NCBI RefSeq assembly: GCF_001194135.2
Contig: NC_069000.1
Coordinates: forward strand, 6,252,966-6,297,890
Direction of reading: 5' to 3'
Source of the DNA: Octopus bimaculoides
Lineage: Eukaryota
DNA: 44,925 nucleotides
The notes below the pieces were generated by a model that saw nothing but the letters and a program-made list of their open reading frames with translations, searched no databases and was not told where the DNA came from. Shown one piece after another: positions 9,875-20,740 of this stretch. The translations under genes and the position numbers were made by a program. Numbering within the stretch: position 1 is the first letter of the stretch; every line of letters starts with the position of its first letter.

Positions 9875-9912
<38 letters not shown>

Positions 9913-10257
9913 CTGTGTATAAATCGTATGTGTGTATATATATGTATATACATGCACGCCCAGTCATCAAGTTAGATTTTGTCTAAATCTAGAAAATAAT
10001 AAGTAATTTATTTTAATTTACATTATTAATTAATATTACTAATTACAAGAGGTTTGTTATAATTGACCAAAAAAAGAAAGAAAAAGGGTTTTTTTTTTTA
10101 AAAAAGGGTTGCATTTACAAATCAAGGAGTCAAAAATCCTGGATAAAATATATTTAAAGAATATTTTACAGAACGGAAAACAAAAAAAAACACAAGAATA
10201 GAAAGGAAATAATAATAATAATAATAGTATTATTATCAATCCCACAACATTCATTAC

Positions 10258-10283
10258 CTGGATTTGTTTGAAGGAAGAAACAT
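10258..10283 (-). CDS. Candidate first coding exon (MFLPSNKS, phase 2)
   Basis: ATG at 10283, donor CAG|GTAATG; phase-compatible with the exon at 6576. Confidence 0.22.
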
Positions 10284-10658
10284 ATTTAATTGAACAAGAG
10301 ATACCAAATCTTCATTAATATAAATAATTAATATATTGTTGGAGTGAAAGAGAGAAAGAAAGAGGCAAAGAAGAAAAAAAAGATCTTTTTTTAAATCCAT
10401 TTTCTACGTTTCCCACCAAAGAAGGCGGACAGGGAGCAAAAGGCCGAGGAAGTTTTACTAAAAAATGTCTAAATACAACTAAATTTGGAGAAATTTCTTG
10501 TATCCTACATGATAATACCTTACGCAACAAGCATTTTTCAGTGAAAAATTTATCAAATTACGAGGTGTATATACTAATATACACCCTGTTAAAGTGTCGT
10601 CTGGTTTTTACCCGTCATTACCAATACATATAACAAATCGTTTTATTGTGTTTCCATC

Positions 10659-10722
10659 ATGGAAGTCACCGTCCGTTTGTTGTCTATAACCTTGGTTTTA
10701 ATGGCTCTTCTTCAAACAACAG
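10659..10722 (+). CDS. First coding exon of a putative secreted protein (signal peptide)
   Basis: CCATCATGG start context; MEVTVRLLSITLVLMALLQTT has a basic residue then a hydrophobic core; near-consensus phase-1 donor CAG|GTAAGA exactly where the ORF turns into microsatellite. Confidence 0.6.
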
Positions 10723-11018
10723 GTAAGATTTGTAGCATATATACACACACGAACACATATACATACATATATATATATACACATACATACATGAGTAAAC
10801 ATTCCCACACGATGACATGTATATTAAATGTAAGTGTATGTATGTATATACACTTATGCATGTAGAGCATAGATATGCATAGTAATTAGATATGATATAT
10901 ACATACAGAAATCGAATTCATAAATACGTGTGTATATATTCAGTTAATATACGCATAACAGTAACTACGTATACACAAATATGCTTGTGTGATTATATAT
11001 ATATGTGTGATTATATAT

Positions 11019-11062
<44 letters not shown>

Positions 11063-11648
11063 TCACCGCGTACATGCATATATATGTATTTATATAAAAC
11101 TAACTATTAAACATACGTAGAGATATGTATATATATTCATTTGGTGTGTATATTTATATTTTCACACGTATACGCTTACACGCATACATGTGTGTATATA
11201 TATTCGTATATATAATACACATGTATATTCATTCACACGTATATATAGATACATACATTCATGTATACAAAACGTGTATACATACACCCACACATGTGTA
11301 TATATTTGTATGTATGTATAATTTGATTATTGTGGTTTTTTTTTTTGAATGTTGCTTCAGAAATTTAAAAGAAAAAAAGATTTTATGCTTTTTAAAAAAT
11401 TAATTATAATTAATTAATTAACATTGTTTTATGTATAAATATTAAAATGTTGAAAAGAAAAAAACTTATGGAAATTGTATTGAAAAAAATAATCGGTAGA
11501 GCGCCCGAGTTTAGCTTTTTTGTTTTTCTGGTTATGCTGCGGGTTCAAATCCCGCCTCCGCTGCTTCTTGCTGTCGTGGTTCAGCTACTAAAGACCTAAT
11601 GGTTTGCAGAGGGTCGTGTGTGTGTGTGTGTGATTATACTTATATATC

Positions 11649-11707
<59 letters not shown>

Positions 11708-12185
11708 CAAATAATATGTGAGTATATGCATAACAACGTACATGTACNNNNNNNNNNNNNNNNNNNNNNNNNNNNNNNNNNNNNNNNNNNNNNNNNNNNN
11801 NNNNNNNNNNNNNNNNNNNNNNNNNNNNNNNNNNNNNNNNNNNNNNNNNNNNNNNNNNNNNNNNNNNNNNNNNNNNNNNNNNNNNNNNNNNNNNNNNNNN
11901 NNNNNNNNNNNNNNNNNNNNNNNNNNNNNNNNNNNNNNNNNNNNNNNNNNNNNNNNNNNNNNNNNNNNNNNNNNNNNNNNNNNNNNNNNNNNNNNNNNNN
12001 NNNNNNNNNNNNNNNNNNNNNNNNNNNNNNNNNNNNNNNNNNNNNNNNNNNNNNNNNNNNNNNNNNNNNNNNNNNNNNNNNNNNNNNNNNNNNNNNNNNN
12101 NNNNNNNNNNNNNNNNNNNNNNNNNNNNNNNNNNNNNNNNNNNNNNNNNNNNNNNNNNNNNNNNNNNNNNNNNNNNNNNNNNNNN

Positions 12186-12228
<43 letters not shown>

Positions 12229-12420
12229 GTGCGCATACACTCTTACACACACACATACACATTGATTTTGTTCCTCCCCGTGTGTGTGTGTGTGTGTGAC
12301 CTCGTGACTGCTACAAAACATGATTATTATTGCCGTAGGTTCAAATCTCGCTCGTATTAACAAGGTTCAACGTTCTTGTATAAAATCTCTTCCTCAGGCC
12401 GTCCACCTCCGTTAGAAACC

Positions 12421-12600
12421 TTGTTATCGCTTGTAGTTTAGCCCCAGGCCATCTACGAACCAGCAGACCATGTTATTTATATATATACACCGATATGTCC
12501 CACCCCCCTTTTTTAATCTTTCAACGACGGATGAATCGTGTGATTTGAGGTAAATTTGGCTGTTATTTCTAGCACGTCGATAATGGACCACTGCGTAGGG
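12421..12600 (-). mobile_element. Dispersed repeat family C (unnamed)
   Basis: TCGACGTGCTAGAAATAACAGCCAAATTTACCTCAAATCAC...CCTGGGGCTAAAC; related copies near 14140(-), 17340, 20290, 21125, 25570(-), 27245, 33490, 35445(-), 40030, 40565 and 42525. Confidence 0.7.
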
Positions 12601-13374
12601 GATTTCCTTGTAGTTGGTCGTCGTTGTTGCTTACCCACCGGTCCCCCCTACTCATACAGTAGACTTGTCAAATGCGTTCCAGCCGTGATCAACCCCACGT
12701 TTTCTTGTCTTTTCATCTGAGGATGGTAGGATGTGATTTTGGAGAGATATGGCTATTTCTACCACGTATACTGACCCCTTAGAAACCATTCCCCTGTTTG
12801 TAGCAGAATTGTTAGTCGGGGAAGTGTTTAGGTAACCCCTTCATTGGTCCCTATCTTAAGAGTTAAGTGGGGAAAGAAAACTCCCAAAGTAAATGGAAGG
12901 ACCGAATCGGCGAAATGTACTTTGTACTGAGACCAGTGTGCATCTGTATGGCTGTATATACCTAAGTATAGTACCCTATAAAATATATATTTGACATAGA
13001 CATCAATATCTTGTGAGCTTCTCTTCCGTCTGTCGAATATGAAACCTTACCAAGGCCGACCCGACCAGCAGTACCAGTCATGTACTGGGATCGAATATGT
13101 AATCGACTGGGTCCTCACCACCCGTGTTGCTTGGAGTTGGAGAAAGGCATTATTGTTGCAACCTCCTCGTGCTCTCTTATGAGATTTGGACTATTCTTTG
13201 GTTTAGCTGACCATGTACAACATCGGACTGAAAAGTTCTGAGTTCGATTTCAGCCAAGATCTATTTATGTGTGTGTGTGTCTCATTCTTCCTGAGGTTGA
13301 TAAAATGAAGTACTAGTTATGTACTGTTGGTAGATGTTGTCCCCTCCCCGGCTTTTTTTTTTTAATAATTGGAC

Positions 13375-13510
13375 GAGGGTTTGGCAGAATCGGTATAGAG
13401 CATTAGATAAAATGTAGCTGTTTTAATTACGACCCGAGTTCAGATCCTGCGCTGGGTAAAAATCGTCAGTTCTTTCTTCCTGGGGGAAAGTTTAAAATAA
13501 AACCACCAAA
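13375..13510 (+). mobile_element. SINE family B, degenerate
   Basis: TTGGCAGAATCGG...GAGTTCAGATCCTGCG. Confidence 0.55.
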
Positions 13511-14419
13511 TCTACCAATAGCGGAGATCGATATATATGTGTGTATCAAATTATTTATTACGTCATTTGATCACTTTGCTCAGCAGATGCGTGATGGTCG
13601 TCGGGAGGGCAAGCCATGAAGGCCACAACCCTTCCTGAAGCGATGGACAGTATGATTGCAGATGCTACTGCATCGCTAGGGGATGCTGAGCTTGTGACCT
13701 GTCTTATCAAAATTATGTGCTCAGCAGGAAAGGCATGAACACCGCACAATCATGCAGCCGAATGGATTTCCTTGGGCTTCATGTCTTGAAGTGATTTCAC
13801 TTCGGTAAACTATTTCGGTTGGGAAAAGGCATGAACGTTCCATCTTCTCCCTCGCTGTATGTGTGTATGTATGAATGATAGAATGGAAGTAAGGTATGCT
13901 GATACTTCTCTCTCCCTTTCCTCGGCGTTTCTTGGAAGAAGCAGTTCGGTCACGGTTTCAAATGTCAATCTCTCCCTGAACATCAGCCTATCCCATGGCC
14001 TTGGGTCTATCTCCCCTGATCGAACACAAGACAAGATCTAGCATTAAAGGCATTCTAGCTGAGATTATCTGACGGGATGCGGGGGGGGGGTTCCCCTCTC
14101 CTTTGGCTACCTTGTCCAGTGTCACTTATATAAGATGATAGGTTGGGATTTAAGTGATAATTGGTTGCTATTTCTAGCAGATCAGCCAACCACTTAATCG
14201 CTCTATTTGCTTTTTTTTTTAAACGTACGTTAGTGGTGGAGCAAAGTTTAAGTTTCTCGCTAAACCGAATCGGTTAAGTAGGGTTTCGATTTCCTCTACT
14301 TACACTTTTAATTTGCTCCAAACGTTTTCTTTTTTTTTTGGACATAAAAAAGAAAGATGATCTGGGGTTGGGTTGCTTATGTTACCCCTTTCTACTATAG
14401 GCACAACGCCTGAAATTAA

Positions 14420-14570
14420 AGGCGGCGACGAGCTGGGTTGGGCTGCCGTTAGTGCGCTGGATAAAGTGCTTAGCTGCATTTCTTCCGGTTTTTACGTTTC
14501 TGAGTTCAAATCGCATCCGAGTCGACTTGGCCTTTTTTATTTTTTATATATATAAAGTACCATTTAAAGT
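14420..14570 (+). mobile_element. SINE family B
   Basis: AAAGGCGGCGACGAGCTGG...TTCTGAGTTCAAATCGCATCCGAGTCGACTTGGCCTTT. Confidence 0.7.
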
Positions 14571-14649
14571 ACTGCGGTTGATAACATCGACTGAACTCCC
14601 TCTAAAATTGTTGGCATAGTTTCTGTTGGTAGAAAGAATTACCACAAGG

Positions 14650-14860
14650 GTGCAAGGGTTAGTTAGAATAATCGTTAGAGCGTCGGACAAAATGTCTTGC
14701 GGTATTTGTTCTCGTCTCTCTACGTTCTCAGGGAACAACTCTGCCTTTTTTTATTCCTTCCGAAGTCGGTAAAGAAAAAACCTTCGTCTATTCCCCCGGG
14801 AGGGTGGGGTCGGTCGATGTCATCGATGATTTCTAAGAACCTCGCTTGAAAATCGCTGGG
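14650..14860 (+). mobile_element. SINE family B
   Basis: AGAATAATCGTTAGAGCGTCGGACAAAATG...CGGTATTTG...GCCTTTTTTATTCCTTCCGAAGTCGGTAAA. Confidence 0.65.
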
Positions 14861-15261
14861 GCTTGTTCTTATATTGGAAACCATTATTGCTAATATAAAT
14901 GACTGGTGGTAGTGAGGGACTCTCGCCTTAAATGCTGTGCTGGTTCAAATCTTGTCGACGTCAGCTTTCGTCATTTCTTTGGGTTGGAAGAGTGGGTGGG
15001 GGTTAATATTAATTACAGAAATATTCTTTTTTTTTTTTTTTTTTTTTTTTTTATTCTTTTACTTTTTTCAGTAATTTGACTGTTGTCGTCCATGTACTTT
15101 CACCGGCAAAAGCGAAAGCAAATTTATTGTAGGTTATGCATAAAAGTACGTGGGTTCTGGTTTCGATTCTCACTTGAATCTATTTCAGCTATGTCGTTAA
15201 TAAACCTTTTAGTATCGCCAACCCACTCAGTTCCTGTTTTGATCTCTCATCCTCTCTCATG

Positions 15262-15292
<31 letters not shown>

Positions 15293-15696
15293 CATTTAGC
15301 CTTTGGGGATGAACTCCCAAATTTACTACTATTAGCCTAATAAGATGTTCCCAATATATAGCACGCTATTGACTGAAACCCGAAAATAAGCTTGTCTTTC
15401 ATGTCCCACAATATGATTTTGATATTGAAGTCGAAACCCGCCTAATGTATTGCATATGTATAATGTTTTAAAATACTTGAATATCTTTAATTTTATCCAA
15501 ATTGTTTTATAATTGCAAGTATCTATGACCTTCTAGTTGGGGGGGCATGTGTAGATGTGTTCAGTATAATTTATATCGATTTTACTTGTAACACACGGTG
15601 TGTGTGTGTGTGTGTGTGTGTGGCCTCGTAGTGCTTAATAAACAGTATGGATACGTGTTTGTCTGATGCCTGTGTGTGTCGACTGAAAAATGACTG

Positions 15697-15783
<87 letters not shown>

Positions 15784-17438
15784 AGTGTGTATAGCAGTAT
15801 TCTCTCATACGCAAGTTCAAATAGTGTGCTGTTTATAATCGATTGTAACATTTAACTGTGCCTTTCAGTCAGTCATTCACTCCAACACACACATAAGGCG
15901 CGCGCGCGCACATATACAAACACAAACACTTGCAGCAGTCGTACACACACTTGCACACAGTCACTCGCTCATACACACACGCACATGCGCTCTCTCTCTC
16001 TCTATGATCTGTTACGCCAAGATCTCTCTTATATTGAATTCAAGTATGCGAGTCATTTTCCACACTGAGCCTTGGGTTGCACGACTCGTAGTTTCCACTA
16101 TCATACCACACACACACACACACACATATTCTCTCTCCCCCCTCTCTCTCTCACACACACACGCAGAGCGAGTATGCTTGCGTGTGTGTGTGTGTGTTGT
16201 ATGAACGGTTAAGATTTAAATGTGAGAGAGTGATTGTAATGTTTTATATTCATATAACATCAATATCCTTCCTGCTATATTTTACCCTCTCTCAGTCAAT
16301 ATTGCTCACACACGCTTACACACATTTTGAAAATAAATTGTTTGGGAACAGAGATACTGTAACCATACATCCCTACCCGGAACTAGATACTGGGACCTTA
16401 TCTAGTATTTCATTTCGTCCCCACATTAGAAGACGATGGGATAAGGTGTTGGTTTTTGAGGGACTCCTGCTCTAGTCTCTAGTAGGTCTGGAAGAAGCCC
16501 CACCTGCTTGCAATAGCTGTTAAATTTTGTTCATATCACAATAGTGGTATTAGATGTATACTACGACTAATATTACTACTACATCTGGAAAAAGATGGTT
16601 AAGTGTGACATGCCTTATGATGATCATAAACCTTGTCTCTACTTCCTGAGGACTGACTTCGTGCTAAACAAACTGTCATGAGACTCCTTCAGTTGTCTCA
16701 ACTGTTGTTGATGCCGATTTGTAGGGATTTCTGTCGTGTGTGTGTGGTGCTTTCGTTTGGTCTGTGGCCGTGATGGCTCAAGCGAAATAAAAGAAGGTGC
16801 GTGTGTGCGCGCACGCCTCTGTAACCTTTCGAGTTAAGGGCGGCAACCATACTGCTATTTAATAGCACAACATAATACATGCGATCTTTTAATGCGTGTG
16901 TGAATAGATAGATAGATAAATAGATAGATAGATAGATAGATAGATATGTGTGTAATTGACATGTAGTAGTAGGTTGTACTAACAATGTTAAATTTGTTTA
17001 AATACCTTTAGTGTAAAGTATGTAAATAGGTTAGCTTGCTATTAAGATAGTTTTATACAAATTGTTGCAGACTATTTTTATTTTGTAATATAATCAACTC
17101 ATAGTTGACAGTTGCATTTCAGAACACGCACACATTGTGTACTGAAAATAAGCTGCAATAGTTTTGTAATATCAAAATTAGTGGGGAGGGTGTTTGAGAG
17201 ACTGCTGTTGAGGTAATAAGGTTTGTAAAAAATTTAAAAAATATCTGGTATTTGTCTGGGAATTTTTTTTTTTTTTTAACCAGTATCACTTGCAAATAAA
17301 TAAATCTTACAAGGTGGTAGCTGGTTTTGTCAGAATTAGAACTAGCAGTTAAGTCTCTTAAATCACACCAATACCGACGCGGTGGTCACAGCAGGAGTCG
17401 GTGCTTGCCATGGAGACCTAACAAAACAAGGAAATTGT

Positions 17439-17472
<34 letters not shown>

Positions 17473-17879
17473 CTTATGTTGCGTACACAATTCACTACTA
17501 TATTGGCCCTGTTGAGTCAATTATTTCATATGATCAGCCCCGGGTAATACTTGTATACGATAAGAATGTGTGGTTGATAGGGATTAAGACTCCTTAGAGC
17601 TGGTTAGCCACGGCAAGGCCCTTCCCTCCTAAGCTAATTCAATCATTTCGGTTTTTTTTTTTTTGTTGCTTTGTATTTTTCCATTCATAAAAAATTTCTA
17701 TATTATTATTAAATACAAATTATTTCTTTTGGTTTTTATTCATTCATAATTTACAAAAATTTCGTTTAAAATGGTTTTTATTTCCATGTTCGGGAATTCC
17801 AAGAATATTTGATTAAAAATTCCAGCTTCTGAAAAAAGCCTTGCAACCATCCATTGATAATAATAATGGTTTCAAATGT

Positions 17880-18092
17880 TGGCTGGAAGCCAACGATTCT
17901 AAGGCGTGAAAGTGATGTGAGGTCGATACCACCGACTCCCAGTGCTCGACTGGTACTTATTTTATCGATCGACCCCACCCACCCCAGGATAAAAAGGCTG
18001 AGTTGAGACCTCGGTGGAATTTGAACACAGAAGAGCCAGAAGAATGCTACTAAGCATTCTGCCCGACGTGCTTAACGTTTCTGCCAGCTTTA
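17880..18092 (-). mobile_element. SINE family B, near full length
   Basis: Reverse complement: GCTGGCAGAAACGTTAAGCACGTCGGGCAGAATGCTTAG...GTGTTCAAATTCCACCGAGGTC...GATAAAATAAGTACCAGTCGAGCACTGGGAGTCG. Confidence 0.8.
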
Positions 18093-18137
18093 ATAATTCG
18101 CTCTCACTGCAGTCAACTTTGAAGTAGTACCTTCCTC

Positions 18138-18172
<35 letters not shown>

Positions 18173-18612
18173 GTGCACACTTACTCAAGCATGCACATAC
18201 ACACAAAAGAAATTTTAGGCAGGTTTATTTTATAAGGAATTCTAGCAAGTTTTCCCATGAAATGAATATTTCGTCACTCCTTTCCCAGGCAACTTAGGTT
18301 TATAATCAACTGAATTTTTTTTTCTCAGAAAACACCAGAAATGTTTGCTAAAACTTAATATATATATATACAAGGTCTCTTTGCTCCACATTACAGTATT
18401 TATTTCTGGGGGAGGGGCCTGCATGGACTAACCCCTTATTTTCTACTACCCCACCCCTTCGTTCCCTCTTTTTTTAAATGTATTTTTTACTGAACATAAT
18501 TACAGTGTCTTGTTAAATATTGTCATTCCTTTCTTCTCCAGTTAGGGATGTAAATCATGAAATTCTGAGAAATGTTCTGCTGCTGCTCCTCTCATGATAC
18601 TAAGTATCTTAC

Positions 18613-18696
18613 CATAATTCTTTAACGAAGGAGGGCGAGTTTAGCTGCTCTCTTTTTCACAATTAACTCTCTCTCTTTATAAAGTGGAATTTCCAC
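18613..18696 (-). promoter_or_regulatory. Candidate TATA promoter and first exon ending in ATG
   Basis: Minus strand: GTGGAAATTCCAC, TTTATAAA (18676-18683), ~60 nt, then ATG|GTAAGA at 18615-18607. Confidence 0.3.
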
Positions 18697-19127
18697 CACC
18701 AAATTAACTGCGCCGTTTCTTTCATTCTCCGGGTTATAATACTTTTGTATGTGTTCCCCCCCCCCTTGAACGAAGGGTTAAAAACTCGATGCAACCAACA
18801 GTTTGCCAAAATTATTTCCCATCTTTATAACACACACTCCAACTATTTCTCGCTTCAGTTCCCCGTATATATTTTCTTCCCATGTACTATTATAGTATAC
18901 ACTAAATTACTAGTTAAAACTACTCGGTATAATAGTAATGATGCTTAGTTTAGTTTTCTGTTCTATATCATTTTCCTGTAACTTATTCGATCTTGTATAT
19001 ATATAACGCTAAAATGGTTTTTAGTTTCCCAATCGAATTCAATATCAGCATCTCTTGCTCTCTTCAGCATCTCTAAGTTCTCCATTCATCCCATCTCTTT
19101 CTCCATTTCCTTTTCCCATTCATTCAT

Positions 19128-19788
19128 TCATTCATTCATTCCATTCGTTGTAATAAGATTCCAATCCTTAAAACCAGAAAGAATCTGGCATTGCTGAACA
19201 AGCCCCCTCCCTCCTATCCGCATTTCTTCCAACTTAAAGAAACCGGGGGAGGGGAAGACAAGAAAGCAAAAGCATTTTGATCGTTATTAGCGCTACTTTT
19301 CGAAATTAACCATTTTTTTTTTCTTTTTTTTTCTTTCTTTTTGTCGATTCTCACCACATTAAATTTAGAAATGAGAATATTGAGATTGTTCATGTTTTCT
19401 GTGGATGCAACTATTTTATTATGAAAGTCTGAATTCTCTAAAGGAAGATTTTATACACACAAGCACAAACAATGTTTTAGATGTGTATATCTTCCGCAAA
19501 TTCTTCAGTTTTGATTATTCAACCTTCTGAGACGTTCATAGTTTCGGTTAATTTGTTGACTCATAAACCATTCATTATACTTTAGTCATTGTCCTTCATC
19601 ATGTTGTAAGCTCCTCTCTGAACGAGCCAACGAGAGTTCTATCCTTGTATGCGGTCGCTCTCTCACCTACAGTCTGAAAAGAAAGATAAAAGCAGGCAAG
19701 AAGACGAGGTGTTCACGGTTGGCGTGTTTGATCATGCTACGAGCTGTTGTTGGTTGAGAACTGACCTGGGACTTACCAACAACTTCAT
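19128..19788 (-). CDS. Candidate compact 4-exon ORF (68 aa, unrecognised)
   Basis: Exons 19788-19777, 19673-19667, 19437-19355, 19232-19128 with donors GTAAGT, GTGAGA, GTGAGA and pyrimidine-rich acceptors; phases 0/1/0 join into one open frame. Confidence 0.3.
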
Positions 19789-20594
19789 CTTGTCCAGCAA
19801 ACAGAAACAAGTGTTTGCTTGTCACAACAGTCCTTTCTGTCTGTTTTTTCCAATATTGAGAAGAGACACCCCACGATGGATTAACGAAAACTCTTGTATT
19901 ATAAACCTCAATCCTCCGGATGCTCTCTCTCAAATTCCATAGCGATTACAAGAAAAAGAGAAAAGGACTCTACTACATGTTTGTTGAATTTTTTTTTATC
20001 ATATCCTGCTACCACCTGCCAATCAATCTCGACTAACTTAGAAATGAGTCAGCCCTTTCTCAGATCACACCCCATCGTCTTCAAGTAAAGGAAAGACGCC
20101 TTGGACAAGGTAAACTGTGTAGCTACGCGAGGTTTGAAATTAGTATAGAACGGTCATGGCTAGAACGCTTTTAAAAGTCAGTTCCATCAAGGCAGCTCTG
20201 GGGTTATACAAAAATATGGATTTGGGTGGGTTTTCTCCCCATTTTATACTGGAAACAATCCGATGTTTTTCGGTTGTGTTTGGTTAACAATGACGGACCA
20301 TTCGACCTGCTAAATATAGCAGACAAATTCCTTGAACAACACTCTAGAGGTGTGGAGGAAAAGCAAGGACACTGCTATTACTGTCTGTGAAAAGATGGGA
20401 TGGTCATGGCTGGAACACCTAATTATAGATCTCGATCGAAATTGTGTATACACACACATACACAATAAAACACATGTATGTATATGTAATCCATTTCTAC
20501 TAAGTTAGGTTTGCTGAAAGTGGTAGCCAGTTCTTCTATATTCTAGCAGCATATTTTCTTTAGAGTGGCGCACACACGCACACAGTGGTTAGCT

Positions 20595-20740
20595 GACAAT
20601 CCCCTCCCATGCACGCGCATACTGCTGCTTAAGAGACAATCCCCTTCTCCATGAATATATACTGCTTAAAGGACATTCCCCTCTCCCATACGTACACGAC
20701 CGTTAAGGGACCATTCTTACTACCCCATGCACGCATATAT
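20595..20740 (+). repeat. Degenerate minisatellite, 4 units of 37-40 nt
   Basis: Units begin GACAATCCCC / GACAATCCCC / GACATTCCCC / GACCATTC at 20595, 20635, 20672 and 20709. Confidence 0.75.

Noticed and set aside
12804-12831. Exon 2 of the signal-peptide gene (AELLVGEVF)
   Set aside because: Splice sites and phase fit, but GCAGAATTGTTAG...AAGTGTTTAG is a decayed SINE B head.
13588-13881. Multi-selenocysteine exon (97 codons, only TGA stops, DCRCYC...CUAC)
   Set aside because: Needs phase 2 while the upstream exon ends in phase 1; no canonical SECIS found by eye (the best candidate near 13750-13785 is on the other strand and lacks the GA quartet); no similarity to selenoproteins I know. 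A SECISearch3/Selenoprofiles run would settle it.
17327-17515. ORF MSELELAVKSLKSHQYRRGG
   Set aside because: Overlaps repeat family C and a (GA)n tract.
19777-19788. TRMT112 start (MKLL)
   Set aside because: Only four residues match and no THNLL continuation was found.
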